Origin: Candidatus Dormiibacterota bacterium
Lineage (GTDB): Bacteria; Chloroflexota; Dormibacteria; Dormibacterales; Dormibacteraceae
Direction of reading: 5' to 3'
NCBI GenBank assembly: GCA_036380475.1
Contig: DASVEP010000147.1
Span: 10-64,009 of the forward strand
Length of the DNA: 64,000 nt
The notes beneath the pieces were generated by a model. That model worked only from the letters and a program-made list of their open reading frames with translations, had not been told where the DNA came from and ran no database searches. Positions 28,324 to 38,013 of the stretch are shown piece by piece. A program made the position numbers and the translations under genes. How positions within the stretch are numbered: position 1 is the stretch's first letter; the number at the start of each line of letters is the position of its first letter.

Positions 28324-29663
28324 CCCGAACCTCCTTGTCCAAACAGCCGGCCAAAGCCGGCCTTGCTGCCGCGATTCCCTGATCCGAACTGCTTGGCCAG
28401 CTTTTGCATCGCCTCGCGGGCCTTGATGACACGATTCACGTCAGCGGGCTGAAGCCCGCTCCCGCGCGCGATGCGGCGGCGGCGGGCGCCGTCGATGATC
28501 TCGGGGTGGGCCCGCTCTCGCGCCGTCATCGAAAGGATCACGGCCTCCATGCGCTTGACCTCGTGCTCGGTGTCTGCGCCGGCGACCTGGCCTTTGAGGG
28601 CCGCGCCTCCCGGCACCATTTCCAGGATGCCTTCGAGCGAGCCCATCTTGCGCAGCTGACGCACCTGGACGAGAAAGTCGTCGAACGTGAGATGACCCGA
28701 ACGTAAGTGACTTTCGACCTCTTTCGCCGATTCCTGGTCGATCGATCGCTCCGCGCGCTCGATGAGGCTCAGGACGTCGCCCATGCCGAGTATCCGCGAG
28801 GCCATCCGCTCGGCGTGGAACACCTCGAAATCCTGCGGGCGCTCGCCGGTTCCGGCGAAGCGTATCTGCTGCCCGGTGGCCAATCGCAGCGAGAGCGCGG
28901 CGCCGCCGCGTGCATCACCGTCGAGCTTTGTCAAGATGACGCCGTCAACGCCGACGCTAGTCGCGAACGCCTCGCCCACCTTGACAGCTTCCTGCCCGGT
29001 CATGGCATCGGCCACCAGCAGCGTCTCCGTGACCGGCAAAGCGGCTTTGAGACGCTTCAGCTCCTCCATCAATTCGGCATCGATGTGCAACCGGCCGGCG
29101 GTGTCGAGGATCACGACATCCTGGCCCAGTCGCAAGGCCTCGTTGACGGCCGCGCGCGCGATGTCCTCGACAGCGCCTTGTCCGGAATGGAACGTGACGC
29201 CCTCGCGCTCAGCCAGGGTGCGGAGCTGATCGACAGCGGCCGGGCGACGGAGGTCGAGGGCCACGAGCATGGGCTTGTGCCCATCGCGCCGGGCCAGCAG
29301 GGCGAGCTTCACAGCGGTGGTCGTCTTGCCCGATCCCTGTAATCCCGCCAGCATGAGGACGGTCGGGGGCGCAGCCGCGTATCGAAGTCCATCAGCATTT
29401 GCGCCGAGGAGCTCGACCAGCTCCTCGTTCACAGCCTTGACCACCTGCTGCGGCGCGGTCAGGCCGGGCGCCACCTCGACGCCGGCCAGCCGGCCCCGAA
29501 CGCGGTCGACGAACTCCTTGACGACCTTGAAGTTGACATCCGCCTCGAGCAACGCCAGCCGCACCTCGCGAAGCCCGGCATCCACGTCTTCAGGGCGCAG
29601 CACGCCCCTGCCAGAGATCTTCTTCAGCGCCGCCGCAAGGCGTTCTCCTAGCGATTCGAACAT
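28311..29663 (-). CDS. ffh: Signal recognition particle protein Ffh
   Basis: N-G domain [21 protein letters not shown], and an M-domain with a Met-rich segment. Confidence 0.95.
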   Translation of the reverse strand: MFESLGERLAAALKKISGRGVLRPEDVDAGLREVRLALLEADVNFKVVKEFVDRVRGRLAGVEVAPGLTAPQQVVKAVNEELVELLGANADGLRYAAAPPTVLMLAGLQGSGKTTTAVKLALLARRDGHKPMLVALDLRRPAAVDQLRTLAEREGVTFHSGQGAVEDIARAAVNEALRLGQDVVILDTAGRLHIDAELMEELKRLKAALPVTETLLVADAMTGQEAVKVGEAFATSVGVDGVILTKLDGDARGGAALSLRLATGQQIRFAGTGERPQDFEVFHAERMASRILGMGDVLSLIERAERSIDQESAKEVESHLRSGHLTFDDFLVQVRQLRKMGSLEGILEMVPGGAALKGQVAGADTEHEVKRMEAVILSMTARERAHPEIIDGARRRRIARGSGLQPADVNRVIKAREAMQKLAKQFGSGNRGSKAGFGRLFGQGGSGWSR

Positions 29664-29981
29664 CTAAATTTCGAGCTCCGCGACGCGCTGCTTCAGCCCA
29701 GCAAGCTCACGCTCGAGCGAAGCCAGCTTGCGGCGACGCCTGCCGGCCTCTGCAAGCAGTCCCAGCCTGCGTTCGTATTCCTCGAGCGCCTCGGTCGAAC
29801 GTTTGACGATGTCGTGCACGGCAGCGCGAGACGTGCCCTGATGGTCGGCGATTTCCGCCAGCGACCAATCGCTCCGAAGCGACAGGTCCAGGACCTCCTG
29901 CTGGTGCTTCGTGAGAAGCGGCCCGTAGCGCTCGAAGAGAGCCAGATTGCGACCCCTGGCCGCGAGAGTGTCAAGGCGCAT
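29664..29981 (-). CDS. ylxM: YlxM-like putative DNA-binding protein (UPF0122, sigma-70 region-4-like HTH)
   Basis: LFERYGPLLTKHQQEVLDLSLRSDWSLAEIADHQGTSRAAVHDIVKR. Immediately upstream of ffh (TAG-ATG junction). ATG 29981 is preferred over 29999. Confidence 0.8.
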   Translation of the reverse strand: MRLDTLAARGRNLALFERYGPLLTKHQQEVLDLSLRSDWSLAEIADHQGTSRAAVHDIVKRSTEALEEYERRLGLLAEAGRRRRKLASLERELAGLKQRVAELEI

Positions 29982-30015
29982 GCCTTGACAGTCTAGCAAG
30001 TCTTAGAATCCGCCT
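29982..30015. promoter_or_regulatory. 34-bp divergent spacer with opposed -10-like hexamers (TAGAAT 30004-30009 plus strand; TAGACT 29995-29990 minus strand)
   Basis: Hexamers lie 6 and 8 nt from the two ATGs, with no SD. A TTGACA at 29985-29990 is only 13 bp from TAGAAT. Confidence 0.4.
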
Positions 30016-30516
30016 ATGCAGCCTTTGCTGGTCGAGGCGTTTCGCTACAACAAGTGGGCCAACCTGCACCTGCTCGATGTGTGCGCCGGATTCTCGGATG
30101 AGCAGCTGCAGATGACCGCCCCGGGGACATACGGAACGATCGCATCGACCTTCTTTCACCTGGTGGCAGCAGAGCAGCGATACCTCAAACGCCTGGGCGC
30201 GGGCGAGCCTCAGATCGGCGAGCGCGACGGCTTCCCGGGTATCGCTGCGCTCCGCGAGCATGCGGCTCGCAGCGGCGACAGGCTGATCGAGATCGCCCCA
30301 AACGTCTCCCCGGACGAGGCGCATGAGTCGAAGACCGCTCGTGAAGGCACGGTCGTGCTGTACTCGGGCGTGGTGGTCATCCAGGCGCTGCATCACGGCA
30401 ATGATCACCGGACCCACATCTGCACAATCCTCGGTCACCACGGCATCGAGTACGGAGACATGGACGTGTGGGCGTACGGCGAGGCAACGGGCGCGCTGAA
30501 GCGCTTGGGAGCCTAG
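30016..30516 (+). CDS. DinB family (four-helix-bundle metalloenzyme-like) protein
   Basis: LVEAFRYNKWANLHLLDVC...HLVAAEQRYL...HHGNDHRTHI pattern typical of DinB/YfiT-like proteins. Confidence 0.75.
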   Translation: MQPLLVEAFRYNKWANLHLLDVCAGFSDEQLQMTAPGTYGTIASTFFHLVAAEQRYLKRLGAGEPQIGERDGFPGIAALREHAARSGDRLIEIAPNVSPDEAHESKTAREGTVVLYSGVVVIQALHHGNDHRTHICTILGHHGIEYGDMDVWAYGEATGALKRLGA

Positions 30517-30519
30517 ACG

Positions 30520-30810
30520 ATGCTGACGGCCGTCATCCTCGTCAAGTCGACAAGGGATGCACTCACCGGTCTCGGCCCCAGGCTGGCCGACGTTCCTGGC
30601 GTGGCCGAGGTCTACACGGTAACGGGGAAGTGGGATTTCGTCGCCATCGTGCGAGTACGTGAGCATGACGAGCTGGCGGAAGTCGTGACAAAGCGACTGA
30701 CCAAGCTCGACGGCATCGAGCGCACCGAAACGATGGTTGCGTTTCAGCAATTCTCCGCCCACGACCTGGAAGCGATGTTCGGCTTAGGCGTCGACGATCG
30801 GCCGGCCTGA
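30520..30810 (+). CDS. Stand-alone Lrp/AsnC-type ligand-binding (RAM) domain protein, no HTH
   Basis: AVILVKS......L..VPGVAEVYTVTGKWDFVAIVRV...ELAEVVTKRLTKLDGIERTETMVAF. Confidence 0.75.
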   Translation: MLTAVILVKSTRDALTGLGPRLADVPGVAEVYTVTGKWDFVAIVRVREHDELAEVVTKRLTKLDGIERTETMVAFQQFSAHDLEAMFGLGVDDRPA

Positions 30811-30816
30811 CTGCCT

Positions 30817-31518
30817 CTAGATCTGACCCCGCAATCGCCGCATCGGCAGCTCGACCATCGATTTCCACTGCTGCCGCAATGAGATGTCAAACGGCACACG
30901 CTTGGATGCGCGCCGGCGCGGCTCGGTGGTGCGCCGCGTAACGGCGGTCCGGAAATCGCCCTCATAAGCAGTCACGACCTGGGCGATGTCATGCCGTCCG
31001 AAATGGCAGTCGCTCGCGCCGATGGCGGCGCCGAGTCGTTCGCGATTCTCGTTCACGAACTCATCCAATAGTCGTCGGCGGCGGGCGCCGGCCGGCGCCG
31101 TGTACATGAGCTCTATCCCGTCGACCGGCTCCTTCTCTATGAGTCTTCGCAGCATCTCCGGTTGGATCGAGCCGAAATACACGGGCATGAAAGGGTGCGG
31201 AATGATCACCAGCCCGCCCTGGTCGTGAATCGCCGCGACCGTGTCCTCGACCGACATCGATCGCCTGATCGGTTTGTCGAGGAACCAACCGAGGATATGC
31301 GTCTGCGCGGGCCAACTGGTGGTGACCTCCTGGCCGGCGACGACCGTTAGCCCAGCAGCCTCGCCCCGCTCTTTGACCTCGCGTGCGGCCGCCATCGTGT
31401 CGTGATCGGTGATGGCGATTAGATCGAGGTCCGCTCCGATAGCGGCGGCGACCAGCTCCGCCGGCGTGACCATCCCGTCGGAAGCCCGCGTGTGGCAGTG
31501 TGGATCGGCGATTTTCAT
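30817..31518 (-). CDS. PHP-domain metal-dependent phosphoesterase
   Basis: KIADPHCHTRASDG...AITDHDT...IIPHP motifs. Its ATG directly abuts the ftsY stop (TAAATG). Confidence 0.8.
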   Translation of the reverse strand: MKIADPHCHTRASDGMVTPAELVAAAIGADLDLIAITDHDTMAAAREVKERGEAAGLTVVAGQEVTTSWPAQTHILGWFLDKPIRRSMSVEDTVAAIHDQGGLVIIPHPFMPVYFGSIQPEMLRRLIEKEPVDGIELMYTAPAGARRRRLLDEFVNENRERLGAAIGASDCHFGRHDIAQVVTAYEGDFRTAVTRRTTEPRRRASKRVPFDISLRQQWKSMVELPMRRLRGQI

Positions 31519-32400
31519 TTAATCCTCGAACATGGACCGCACAAAGCCTTCAGGGTCAAAAGGTTCAAGATCGTCGATCCCCTCACCCACTCCCGCCAGC
31601 TTGACCGGGACGTCCAGCTCCGACTCGATGCCGACGACGGCCCCGCCTTTGGCGCTGCCGTCGAGCTTTGCGAGGACGAGTCCGGTCATTGGGATCGCCT
31701 TGTGGAAAGCGCGAGCCTGCGCGAGGCTCGACAAGCCCAACACCGCATCAAGGACGAGCAGCGACTCATACGAACCGCCATCGAGGGCTTTGTTCGCGAC
31801 CCGGCCGATCTTGGCGAGCTCCTGGAGCAGGTTGTGCTGCGTTTGGAGCCTCCCGGCGGTGTCAACGAGGACGACATCATTCCCCCGGCTGCGCGCGCGA
31901 CGCACGCCATCGAAAACGACGGCGGCCGGATCCGCGGCCGGCTCCCCGGCGAAGCTCGCGGCCCCGGCGCGCTGCGCCCACGCCACCATCTGCTCGATCC
32001 CTGCTGCGCGATAGGTATCGGCTGCAACCACGAGCGGATTCCGACCATTCGCGCGCAGCCTGTGCGCGAGCTTGCCGATCGTCGTCGTCTTGCCCGCGCC
32101 ATTGATCCCATAGAAGAGGATGCATGCAGGCGCACCGCGCAAGTCGAGATCTCGCGATCGTTTGGACATCGCCGCCAGCGCAGCGTCCACCAGCGCGATC
32201 TCGGCCTCCTCGCGAGTCCGTGGGCTGCGGGCACGCACGGCCGCCGTTAGGCGCGCGGCCATCGCGGGCCCCATGTCGGCGCCGATGAGCAGCTCTTCGA
32301 GCTCGGCGTAGTAGCCCGCGGCAAGCGGTGGGCTCAGGGCGCGAAGCCCCGCGGCGAGGACCTTTCTTGTGCGGCCGCCCACGCGGCTCCAGACGTTCAC
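31519..32400 (-). CDS. ftsY: Signal recognition particle receptor FtsY (NG domains only)
   Basis: GINGAGKTTTIGKLA, DTAGRL, AKLDGSAKGG. GTG 32400 follows GAGG, 8 nt after the smc stop. Confidence 0.9.
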   Translation of the reverse strand: MNVWSRVGGRTRKVLAAGLRALSPPLAAGYYAELEELLIGADMGPAMAARLTAAVRARSPRTREEAEIALVDAALAAMSKRSRDLDLRGAPACILFYGINGAGKTTTIGKLAHRLRANGRNPLVVAADTYRAAGIEQMVAWAQRAGAASFAGEPAADPAAVVFDGVRRARSRGNDVVLVDTAGRLQTQHNLLQELAKIGRVANKALDGGSYESLLVLDAVLGLSSLAQARAFHKAIPMTGLVLAKLDGSAKGGAVVGIESELDVPVKLAGVGEGIDDLEPFDPEGFVRSMFED

Positions 32401-32410
32401 GCTCGGAGCC

Positions 32411-35400
32411 TCAGCCCGCCTGGGCGGTCGTCGTGGCGGAGCGAGTTGAGGGTTTGCGAATGTCTTCGAGGCGTACCGACACGATGTGAGAGGCACCGCT
32501 TTCATCAAGGTGGATCCCATACAGCGTCGATGCGTGCGACATGGTCACGTGGTTGTGCGTGATGACCAGGAACTGCCGCTGGCTGCCCAAACGCGCCACC
32601 ATCTCGCCAAAGCGCCCTACGTTCGCGTCGTCGAGAGCGGCGTCGACCTCGTCGAGAATCGTGAACGGGCTGGGGTTTACCTCATCGAGCGCCAGCACCA
32701 GGGCCAGAGCTGCAAGCGATCGTTCGCCTGAGGAGAGCAGCGTGACGTTTTGCAGGCGCTTACGTGCCGGCTGAACCAGGATCTCGACGCCCGATCGCGG
32801 TCCTTCGTCGCCGTCTGCGTGGCGCAAGGTAGCCCGCCCGCCCGGTGCGAGCTGCGAGAAATATTCATGGAAGTTTGCCGCGACGGCCCCGAAGACGGCT
32901 TCGTAACGCATCTCTTCCTCGTCGCGAAGCTTGGCGATGAGCTGCTCCAGGTCGCTGCGCGCCGCAGCGATGTCATCGAGCTGAGTGCGCAGGGTCTCGA
33001 AGCGCTCCTCCAGCTCGCGGCACTCGGCCTCGGCGAGCGCGTTGGTGGGGCCGATCTCCTGCAAACGTCTCTCCAGCGCTCGCATCTCCTTTTCGCGAGC
33101 CTTGCCGCCCGGGATCTCTTCGGGAGCAACGCCGTCGGGCATGCGCTGGCGGATCTCTTCCATTCGGGCAGCCAGGAGTTCCGCCTCGCGTGCGATCAGC
33201 TCCAGGTTTCCCTCGAGGGTGCCTGCTTTGAGCCGCGCGTCGATGCGGGCCTCTTCCAGTGTCACGAGACGCCGCGCGCCTTCGGCCATCTCCGCTTCTT
33301 CGCCCGGAGACTCGCGCTCGGCGTCTATCAGACGAGCGGCAGCGGCCTCAGCCTCGCTCTTCAGTTGCGGCAGCACCTCCGCCGCGAGGGCAGCGCTGCC
33401 GTCCGCGTCTGCCACCCGGCGGGCGCGCTCCTCCGCAGCCAACAGCTGCCGAGCCAGGTCTTCGTCCACGGCGGCAATCTGCCGGTTGAGGTCGTCGCGG
33501 CGGTCGTGCCACCTTGCCCGCTCCATCGCCGCTTGCTGAAGCGCTGCCCTCTGGGCCGCCAGAGCCTCGAGCTGCCGCGCAGTCGAGGTTGCCAGCTCCT
33601 CTGCCTGCGCAGCGATCCGCTCGAGCTCGGGAAGCTTGGCCCCCTCGATCCGCTCTGCCTCGCGCGCCTCATCGAGCAGCCGCCTCGACTCATCAAGGCT
33701 CGTCGCGCCCGCCGCCCGCCTCCGCAGGTCGTCGAGCGCGGTTTCCGCTTCCTGGACCTGCTTTGCGGAGGCGTCCACACCAGCCGCTGTGGGTGCGAGC
33801 GTCTCGATTTGCTCACCGAGCCGGGCACGGCGAGCGTCGATCTCGACTCGGGGATCGGTCCCAGCGCGCAGCAGTCCTGGCTCGCGATAGACGCCTGCGA
33901 TGGTCACATCGACCCCGACGATCACCTGGCCCAGGAGCCGGCGGCACACCAACTCGAAACCAGGTCTGATCCGGACGTGATGGAACATCGATCCCGTCTT
34001 GGCCTCAGGGGCTGACCCGAGCGGATACAGGACCGTCCGCTGCGACCCCTCCGGCTCACCGGCGCTCTCTGCGATTTCTTCGTCGGGAGCCACCAAAGCA
34101 TCCGCCAGGGGACCAAGCACGGCGGACAGCGCCCGCTCATAGCCGGGCTCGGCAGTGAGCACGTCCCCGAGGCGGGTCAGTCCCCGCGCACCGGCGGGGC
34201 GCAGCGACTCCAGGCCGTCGAGCTCGGAGCGCAGCCGCGCTATCGAGATCGCAGCTGACTCGGCTGTTTGGGCCGCGGACTTCGCCGATTGCAGGTCCGA
34301 TTCGCTGTCTGGGATCAGCCGCGCGGCCTCGGCCGCCGCCTGCGAGTGAGCGAGCTGCTGCTCTAGAAACTCGCGCCTCGTGCGGAGGCCGGCGAGTGAA
34401 GAGGTGGCGACCGCCACCGCCCGGCGCGCCTGCTCGGCTGCACGCACCGCGTGCTGGGCCTCTGCCGGGTCGATCGCCGTTGGAGGCGGAACGGCCTCCG
34501 GAACCGCCTCCAAAGCATCGACGGCCAACGCCAGCTCGGCCATGAGCTGCCCGCGAAGTGCGACCGCGGCCTCGGTCTGCCTCTGGTAGTCGACGTCCTC
34601 GCGGCGGAGGGCCTCGGCGAGGGCGCGGTGGCTGTCGGCACGCTCCTCCGCAAGCTCGAGCGAGTGCTCTGCCGCCGCGAGCTCAAGGCGGATCCGCCCC
34701 AGCCTGTTCTGGCGGTTGAGCCGCCGGTCCTGCGCCGCCTGCATCTCGGACCTCCAGGCCGCGAACTCGGCTTCGGCTGATTGCGCTTGCTCTCGGGCTT
34801 CGATCAAGCGCCGTTCCAGCGACTGCGCCTGCGAGGAAGCTCGCCGGTGCGCGTCGCGGGCCTCGCGCCATTCCTCCCAGACGATGCTGCCGCGAAGCAG
34901 CTCGAGCCTCGCCAGCGCCTCGGCGGCCTCTCGCGCCGACGCGGCCTGGACCCGCACCACCTCGAGCCGCGGCTCAATCTCCGAACGCAGGTCCTCGAGG
35001 CGGAGCAGGTTTTGGGCAAGCTCGGTCAAACGCTGCGTCGCTTCCTGGCGCCGGGTCTTCACACCCCGGACCTGGGCGGCCTCTTCGAGCAGCGCCCGCC
35101 GCTCGGCTGGTGAGCAGACGACGATCTGCTCGATGTCGTGCTGGTCGATGATCGCGTACGAGTCCACCGTGAGGCCGGTCGACGAGAGGATGTGGATCAG
35201 GTCGCGGCGGCGCACCCGGGTGCCGTTGAGGAAGTAGTCGCTCTCGCCATCGCGCTCGACGCGGCGCTTGATCGCGACCTCGTGGTAGTCGACTGGCAAC
35301 CGGCCCGCCGTATTGTCGAAAACCACCGTGACTTCCGCATAAGAGGCCCGCGAGCGGCGCTCGCCACCCACGTAGATGACCTCCTCCATCTTCTTGCCGC

Positions 35401-35569
35401 GGAGGTCACGCGCCTGACCAGACCCGAGCACCCACTTGATGGCGTCGACGATGTTTGTCTTGCCCGAGCCGTTCGGACCAACGATCGCCGTGACGCCGCC
35501 TTCGAATCGGATCTCGGTCGGCCGGGCGAAGGTCTTGAAGCCCAGCAGGCTCAGCGATCTCAGGAACAA
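32411..35569 (-). CDS. smc: Chromosome partition protein SMC (short, 1052 aa)
   Basis: [35 protein letters not shown] head, long heptad-rich arms, C-terminal [27 protein letters not shown] start with GGAG 6 nt upstream. Confidence 0.9.
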   Translation of the reverse strand: MFLRSLSLLGFKTFARPTEIRFEGGVTAIVGPNGSGKTNIVDAIKWVLGSGQARDLRGKKMEEVIYVGGERRSRASYAEVTVVFDNTAGRLPVDYHEVAIKRRVERDGESDYFLNGTRVRRRDLIHILSSTGLTVDSYAIIDQHDIEQIVVCSPAERRALLEEAAQVRGVKTRRQEATQRLTELAQNLLRLEDLRSEIEPRLEVVRVQAASAREAAEALARLELLRGSIVWEEWREARDAHRRASSQAQSLERRLIEAREQAQSAEAEFAAWRSEMQAAQDRRLNRQNRLGRIRLELAAAEHSLELAEERADSHRALAEALRREDVDYQRQTEAAVALRGQLMAELALAVDALEAVPEAVPPPTAIDPAEAQHAVRAAEQARRAVAVATSSLAGLRTRREFLEQQLAHSQAAAEAARLIPDSESDLQSAKSAAQTAESAAISIARLRSELDGLESLRPAGARGLTRLGDVLTAEPGYERALSAVLGPLADALVAPDEEIAESAGEPEGSQRTVLYPLGSAPEAKTGSMFHHVRIRPGFELVCRRLLGQVIVGVDVTIAGVYREPGLLRAGTDPRVEIDARRARLGEQIETLAPTAAGVDASAKQVQEAETALDDLRRRAAGATSLDESRRLLDEAREAERIEGAKLPELERIAAQAEELATSTARQLEALAAQRAALQQAAMERARWHDRRDDLNRQIAAVDEDLARQLLAAEERARRVADADGSAALAAEVLPQLKSEAEAAAARLIDAERESPGEEAEMAEGARRLVTLEEARIDARLKAGTLEGNLELIAREAELLAARMEEIRQRMPDGVAPEEIPGGKAREKEMRALERRLQEIGPTNALAEAECRELEERFETLRTQLDDIAAARSDLEQLIAKLRDEEEMRYEAVFGAVAANFHEYFSQLAPGGRATLRHADGDEGPRSGVEILVQPARKRLQNVTLLSSGERSLAALALVLALDEVNPSPFTILDEVDAALDDANVGRFGEMVARLGSQRQFLVITHNHVTMSHASTLYGIHLDESGASHIVSVRLEDIRKPSTRSATTTAQAG

Positions 35570-35584
35570 ATTCGCTCCAACGTA

Positions 35585-35627
35585 GCAGATGTGGGGCTCA
35601 TCTGCCCCCCGGGCACAACATGTGCCC
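35585..35627 (-). promoter_or_regulatory. Two adjacent perfect 7-bp hairpins in the rnc-smc spacer
   Basis: GCAGATG-N7-CATCTGC (35585-35605) and GGGCACA-ACA-TGTGCCC (35611-35627, touching the rnc stop). No U-tract. Confidence 0.4.
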
Positions 35628-36577
35628 TATTCGATCGGTTCTCCGAACTGGCGGCTGCGGGCCGGCTCTGAAGACGGCGTCGCCGGTTCAGGGGCCGGCG
35701 CCTCTGGCTCGGGCGCGGGCTGGAACTCCGGATCGGGCAAGAGCGTCAGGATCTCGGCCGGGGCTGGGGAACCGTCATCAGGCGCCGCAGGGGCCGCAGG
35801 CGTCGTGCGTTCGCCCGAAGGCTTCCGCTTACGCGGGCGCGGCGTACGACCGGTCTTGGGCGCCGCCGTCACCACGTGACTGTCCCCAAGCTTCCGCAAT
35901 GCGGCCCGCGCGGCCTCCTGCTCAGCCTCCTGCTTGGTCTTGCCATGCCCGGTGCCGAGCGGCTCGGCACCCGCGAAGACCACCGACGTGTACTCCCTCT
36001 GCGCGCCGACACGCGCCCCCTCGCTGTCATAGAACGGCGTCTGGCCGAACTTTTCCTGCGCAACCTGCTGGAGGCGGCCCTTGAAGTTTTCATCCTGGGC
36101 CGGGGCCGGCAGCGATCGATAGCGGTTCAGGTAGTAGTGATAGGCGGCGTCGTAGCCGGCATCGAGGAACACGGCGCCGAGCACGGCTTCGAACCCGTTG
36201 GCGAGCAGAGACTTGAGGTTGCGGCCACCGCCTTTTGCGATGCCCTTGCCCAGGTAGAGGTAGCTGCCGAGGTCGAGCTGCTCCGCCATCTGCGCGAGCG
36301 TGTTGGTGTTGACCATCGCCGAGCGCGTCTGCGTGAGCTCGCCCTCGGTCGCTCCAGGATGGTGCTTGTACAGATACTCGGCAGTGATCAGCTGCAGGAC
36401 TGCGTCGCCGAGATATTCGAGACGCTCGTTGTCCCGGGGTGATTGGTGAGGGCTCTCATTGGCGAATGAGCTGTGGGTGACCGCCTCGAGTAAAAGGCCC
36501 GGATCTCGAAAGTGAATCCCGATCTTCTGCTGGAGCTCTTGTAACGACTGCGCGAGCGGAGCTGCTCCCTGTGCTAT
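35627..36577 (-). CDS. rnc: Ribonuclease III with Pro/Ala/Glu-rich C-terminal tail; start codon non-canonical or uncertain
   Basis: Catalytic signature [12 protein letters not shown] and helix [26 protein letters not shown] lie upstream of the first ATG (36316). That stretch has no in-frame ATG/GTG/TTG. The 5' limit is set at ATA 36577. Confidence 0.85.
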   Translation of the reverse strand: MAQGAAPLAQSLQELQQKIGIHFRDPGLLLEAVTHSSFANESPHQSPRDNERLEYLGDAVLQLITAEYLYKHHPGATEGELTQTRSAMVNTNTLAQMAEQLDLGSYLYLGKGIAKGGGRNLKSLLANGFEAVLGAVFLDAGYDAAYHYYLNRYRSLPAPAQDENFKGRLQQVAQEKFGQTPFYDSEGARVGAQREYTSVVFAGAEPLGTGHGKTKQEAEQEAARAALRKLGDSHVVTAAPKTGRTPRPRKRKPSGERTTPAAPAAPDDGSPAPAEILTLLPDPEFQPAPEPEAPAPEPATPSSEPARSRQFGEPIE

Positions 36578-36822
36578 GAGCCGGCCTTCTCCTGTATGTA
36601 TTCCCAGGCTTGGCCTACCGTCGTGATCTTCTCTGCATCCTCGTCCGGAATCTCAAGACCCGTGTTCTCCTCGAATGCATAGATCAGCTCAACGAGGTCG
36701 AGCGAGTCGGCGTTCAGGTCCTCCTGAAAGGAGGCATCCATCGTCACCTGTTCGGGCTCGCAGCCAAGCCGCTCCACCACGATGTTCTTGAAGTCTTCGA
36801 AGCTAAGTTTCTGGGTTTCCAA
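36574..36822 (-). CDS. acpP: Acyl carrier protein
   Basis: ..[13 protein letters not shown].. phosphopantetheine site (DSL). TTG 36822 is preceded by GGAGG 5 nt upstream. The longer 193-aa ORF overlaps fabD out of frame. Confidence 0.9.
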   Translation of the reverse strand: METQKLSFEDFKNIVVERLGCEPEQVTMDASFQEDLNADSLDLVELIYAFEENTGLEIPDEDAEKITTVGQAWEYIQEKAGS

Positions 36823-36881
36823 TCTCGCCTCCAGTGCGAAAGCACATAGGGGGTTACCGGGAACTACTGTAACAGTCCCGC

Positions 36882-37799
36882 CTAGGCGGGTATTGCGAGC
36901 TCCTGGCACGCGGCGGGAGTGCCCACCGCGACCGCATTCCTGCCGGGGGCCAGCTCTTTCATCATCCCGGTCAGAGCGCGCTTGGGCCCGACCTCGATGA
37001 ACATGTTGCAGCCCATGTCCACCAGCGATCCGACGCAGGCACCCCACCGCACCGGCGACCGCAGCTGCATCTCCATCACATGCGGGATGCGATCCCCGCC
37101 TTGGTGCTGCCGCCCGGTCAGGTTGGCCATCACGGGCACTCGGGGCGAGCGCCATTCGATGCGCTCGAGCGCAGCGCGGAGTCGTTCGGCGGCCGGCGCC
37201 ATCAGCGGTGTGTGAAACGCCGCGCTGACGTTGAGCGGTATCACGCGCTTGGCGCCGGCCTCCTGCAGCCTCTTCGTCGCAACCTCGAGGCCGGCTGTAG
37301 TGCCCGCGATCACCGTCTGCGTCGGAGTGTTGTAGTTGGCGGGCCAGGCGTCGTTCATCCCTGCCAGCGCCACCTCCACCGCCGGCGAGTCGAGACCAAG
37401 CACCGCAGCCATTGAGCTGGTGCCGGCAGGTGCGGCCTCCGCCATCGCCTTGCCGCGCTCGACAACAGCCTTGATGACCTGCGTCGGACCCACTGCCCCA
37501 CCGGCGGCGAGCGCTGCATACTCACCCACCGAATGGCCGGCGGCCGCCTCGGGAGTGACGCCGCGGCGCGCGAGCAGCAACGTCAGTCCCACGCCCATGA
37601 AGCAGAGGGCCGGCTGAGCATTCTGTGTGAGCCGCAGCTCATCGTCGTCGGCGCCGATGAGCAGGTGGCGAAGGTCCACTCCTGCGAAGCTCGAGCAGCG
37701 CTCGCAAAGGTCGGCGACCTCGGGATCGGTGAGGAGCTCGGCGCCCATTCCGGCGTGCTGGGAACCCTGGCCTGGAAACAAGAAGGCGACCTTTGCCAC
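36882..37799 (-). CDS. fabD: Malonyl CoA-acyl carrier protein transacylase
   Basis: [16 protein letters not shown], active site GHSVGEY. GTG start. Confidence 0.9.
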   Translation of the reverse strand: MAKVAFLFPGQGSQHAGMGAELLTDPEVADLCERCSSFAGVDLRHLLIGADDDELRLTQNAQPALCFMGVGLTLLLARRGVTPEAAAGHSVGEYAALAAGGAVGPTQVIKAVVERGKAMAEAAPAGTSSMAAVLGLDSPAVEVALAGMNDAWPANYNTPTQTVIAGTTAGLEVATKRLQEAGAKRVIPLNVSAAFHTPLMAPAAERLRAALERIEWRSPRVPVMANLTGRQHQGGDRIPHVMEMQLRSPVRWGACVGSLVDMGCNMFIEVGPKRALTGMMKELAPGRNAVAVGTPAACQELAIPA

Positions 37800-37808
37800 G
37801 CGGCCACC

Positions 37809-37988
37809 CTACTCCTTGGCTTTGATCACCTCGCGGCCCGCATAGTGGCCGCAGTTACGGCAGATCGCGTGCGGGCGCATGAGCCTCTTGCAGTTCGGGC
37901 AGGGCTGGAGCTGTATGTGGACCAGCGCCAGGTGCGAGCGCCTGCGACCTTTCTTCGACTTGGATAGCTTGACCTTCGGCAGAGCCAT
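37809..37988 (-). CDS. rpmF: 50S ribosomal protein L32 (59 aa, below the ORF-track cutoff)
   Basis: My translation: MALPKVKLSKSKKGRRRSHLALVHIQLQPCPNCKRLMRPHAICRNCGHYAGREVIKAKE. It has the typical L32 N-terminus and a CxxC..CxxC zinc ribbon. Confidence 0.9.
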   Translation of the reverse strand: MALPKVKLSKSKKGRRRSHLALVHIQLQPCPNCKRLMRPHAICRNCGHYAGREVIKAKE

Positions 37989-37997
37989 GGCTGGCGA

Positions 37998-38003
37998 ATT
38001 TTA
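37998..38003 (-). promoter_or_regulatory. -10-like TAAAAT 9 nt upstream of the rpmF ATG
   Basis: Read directly in the 25-nt spacer. No SD. Confidence 0.35.
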
Positions 38004-38013
38004 CCGGAGATCG

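Noticed and set aside
36314-36316. ATG 36316 as the rnc start, as implied by the ORF track.
   Set aside because: It would delete the RNase III catalytic signature ERLEYLGD and the first helix, both of which are encoded in frame upstream.
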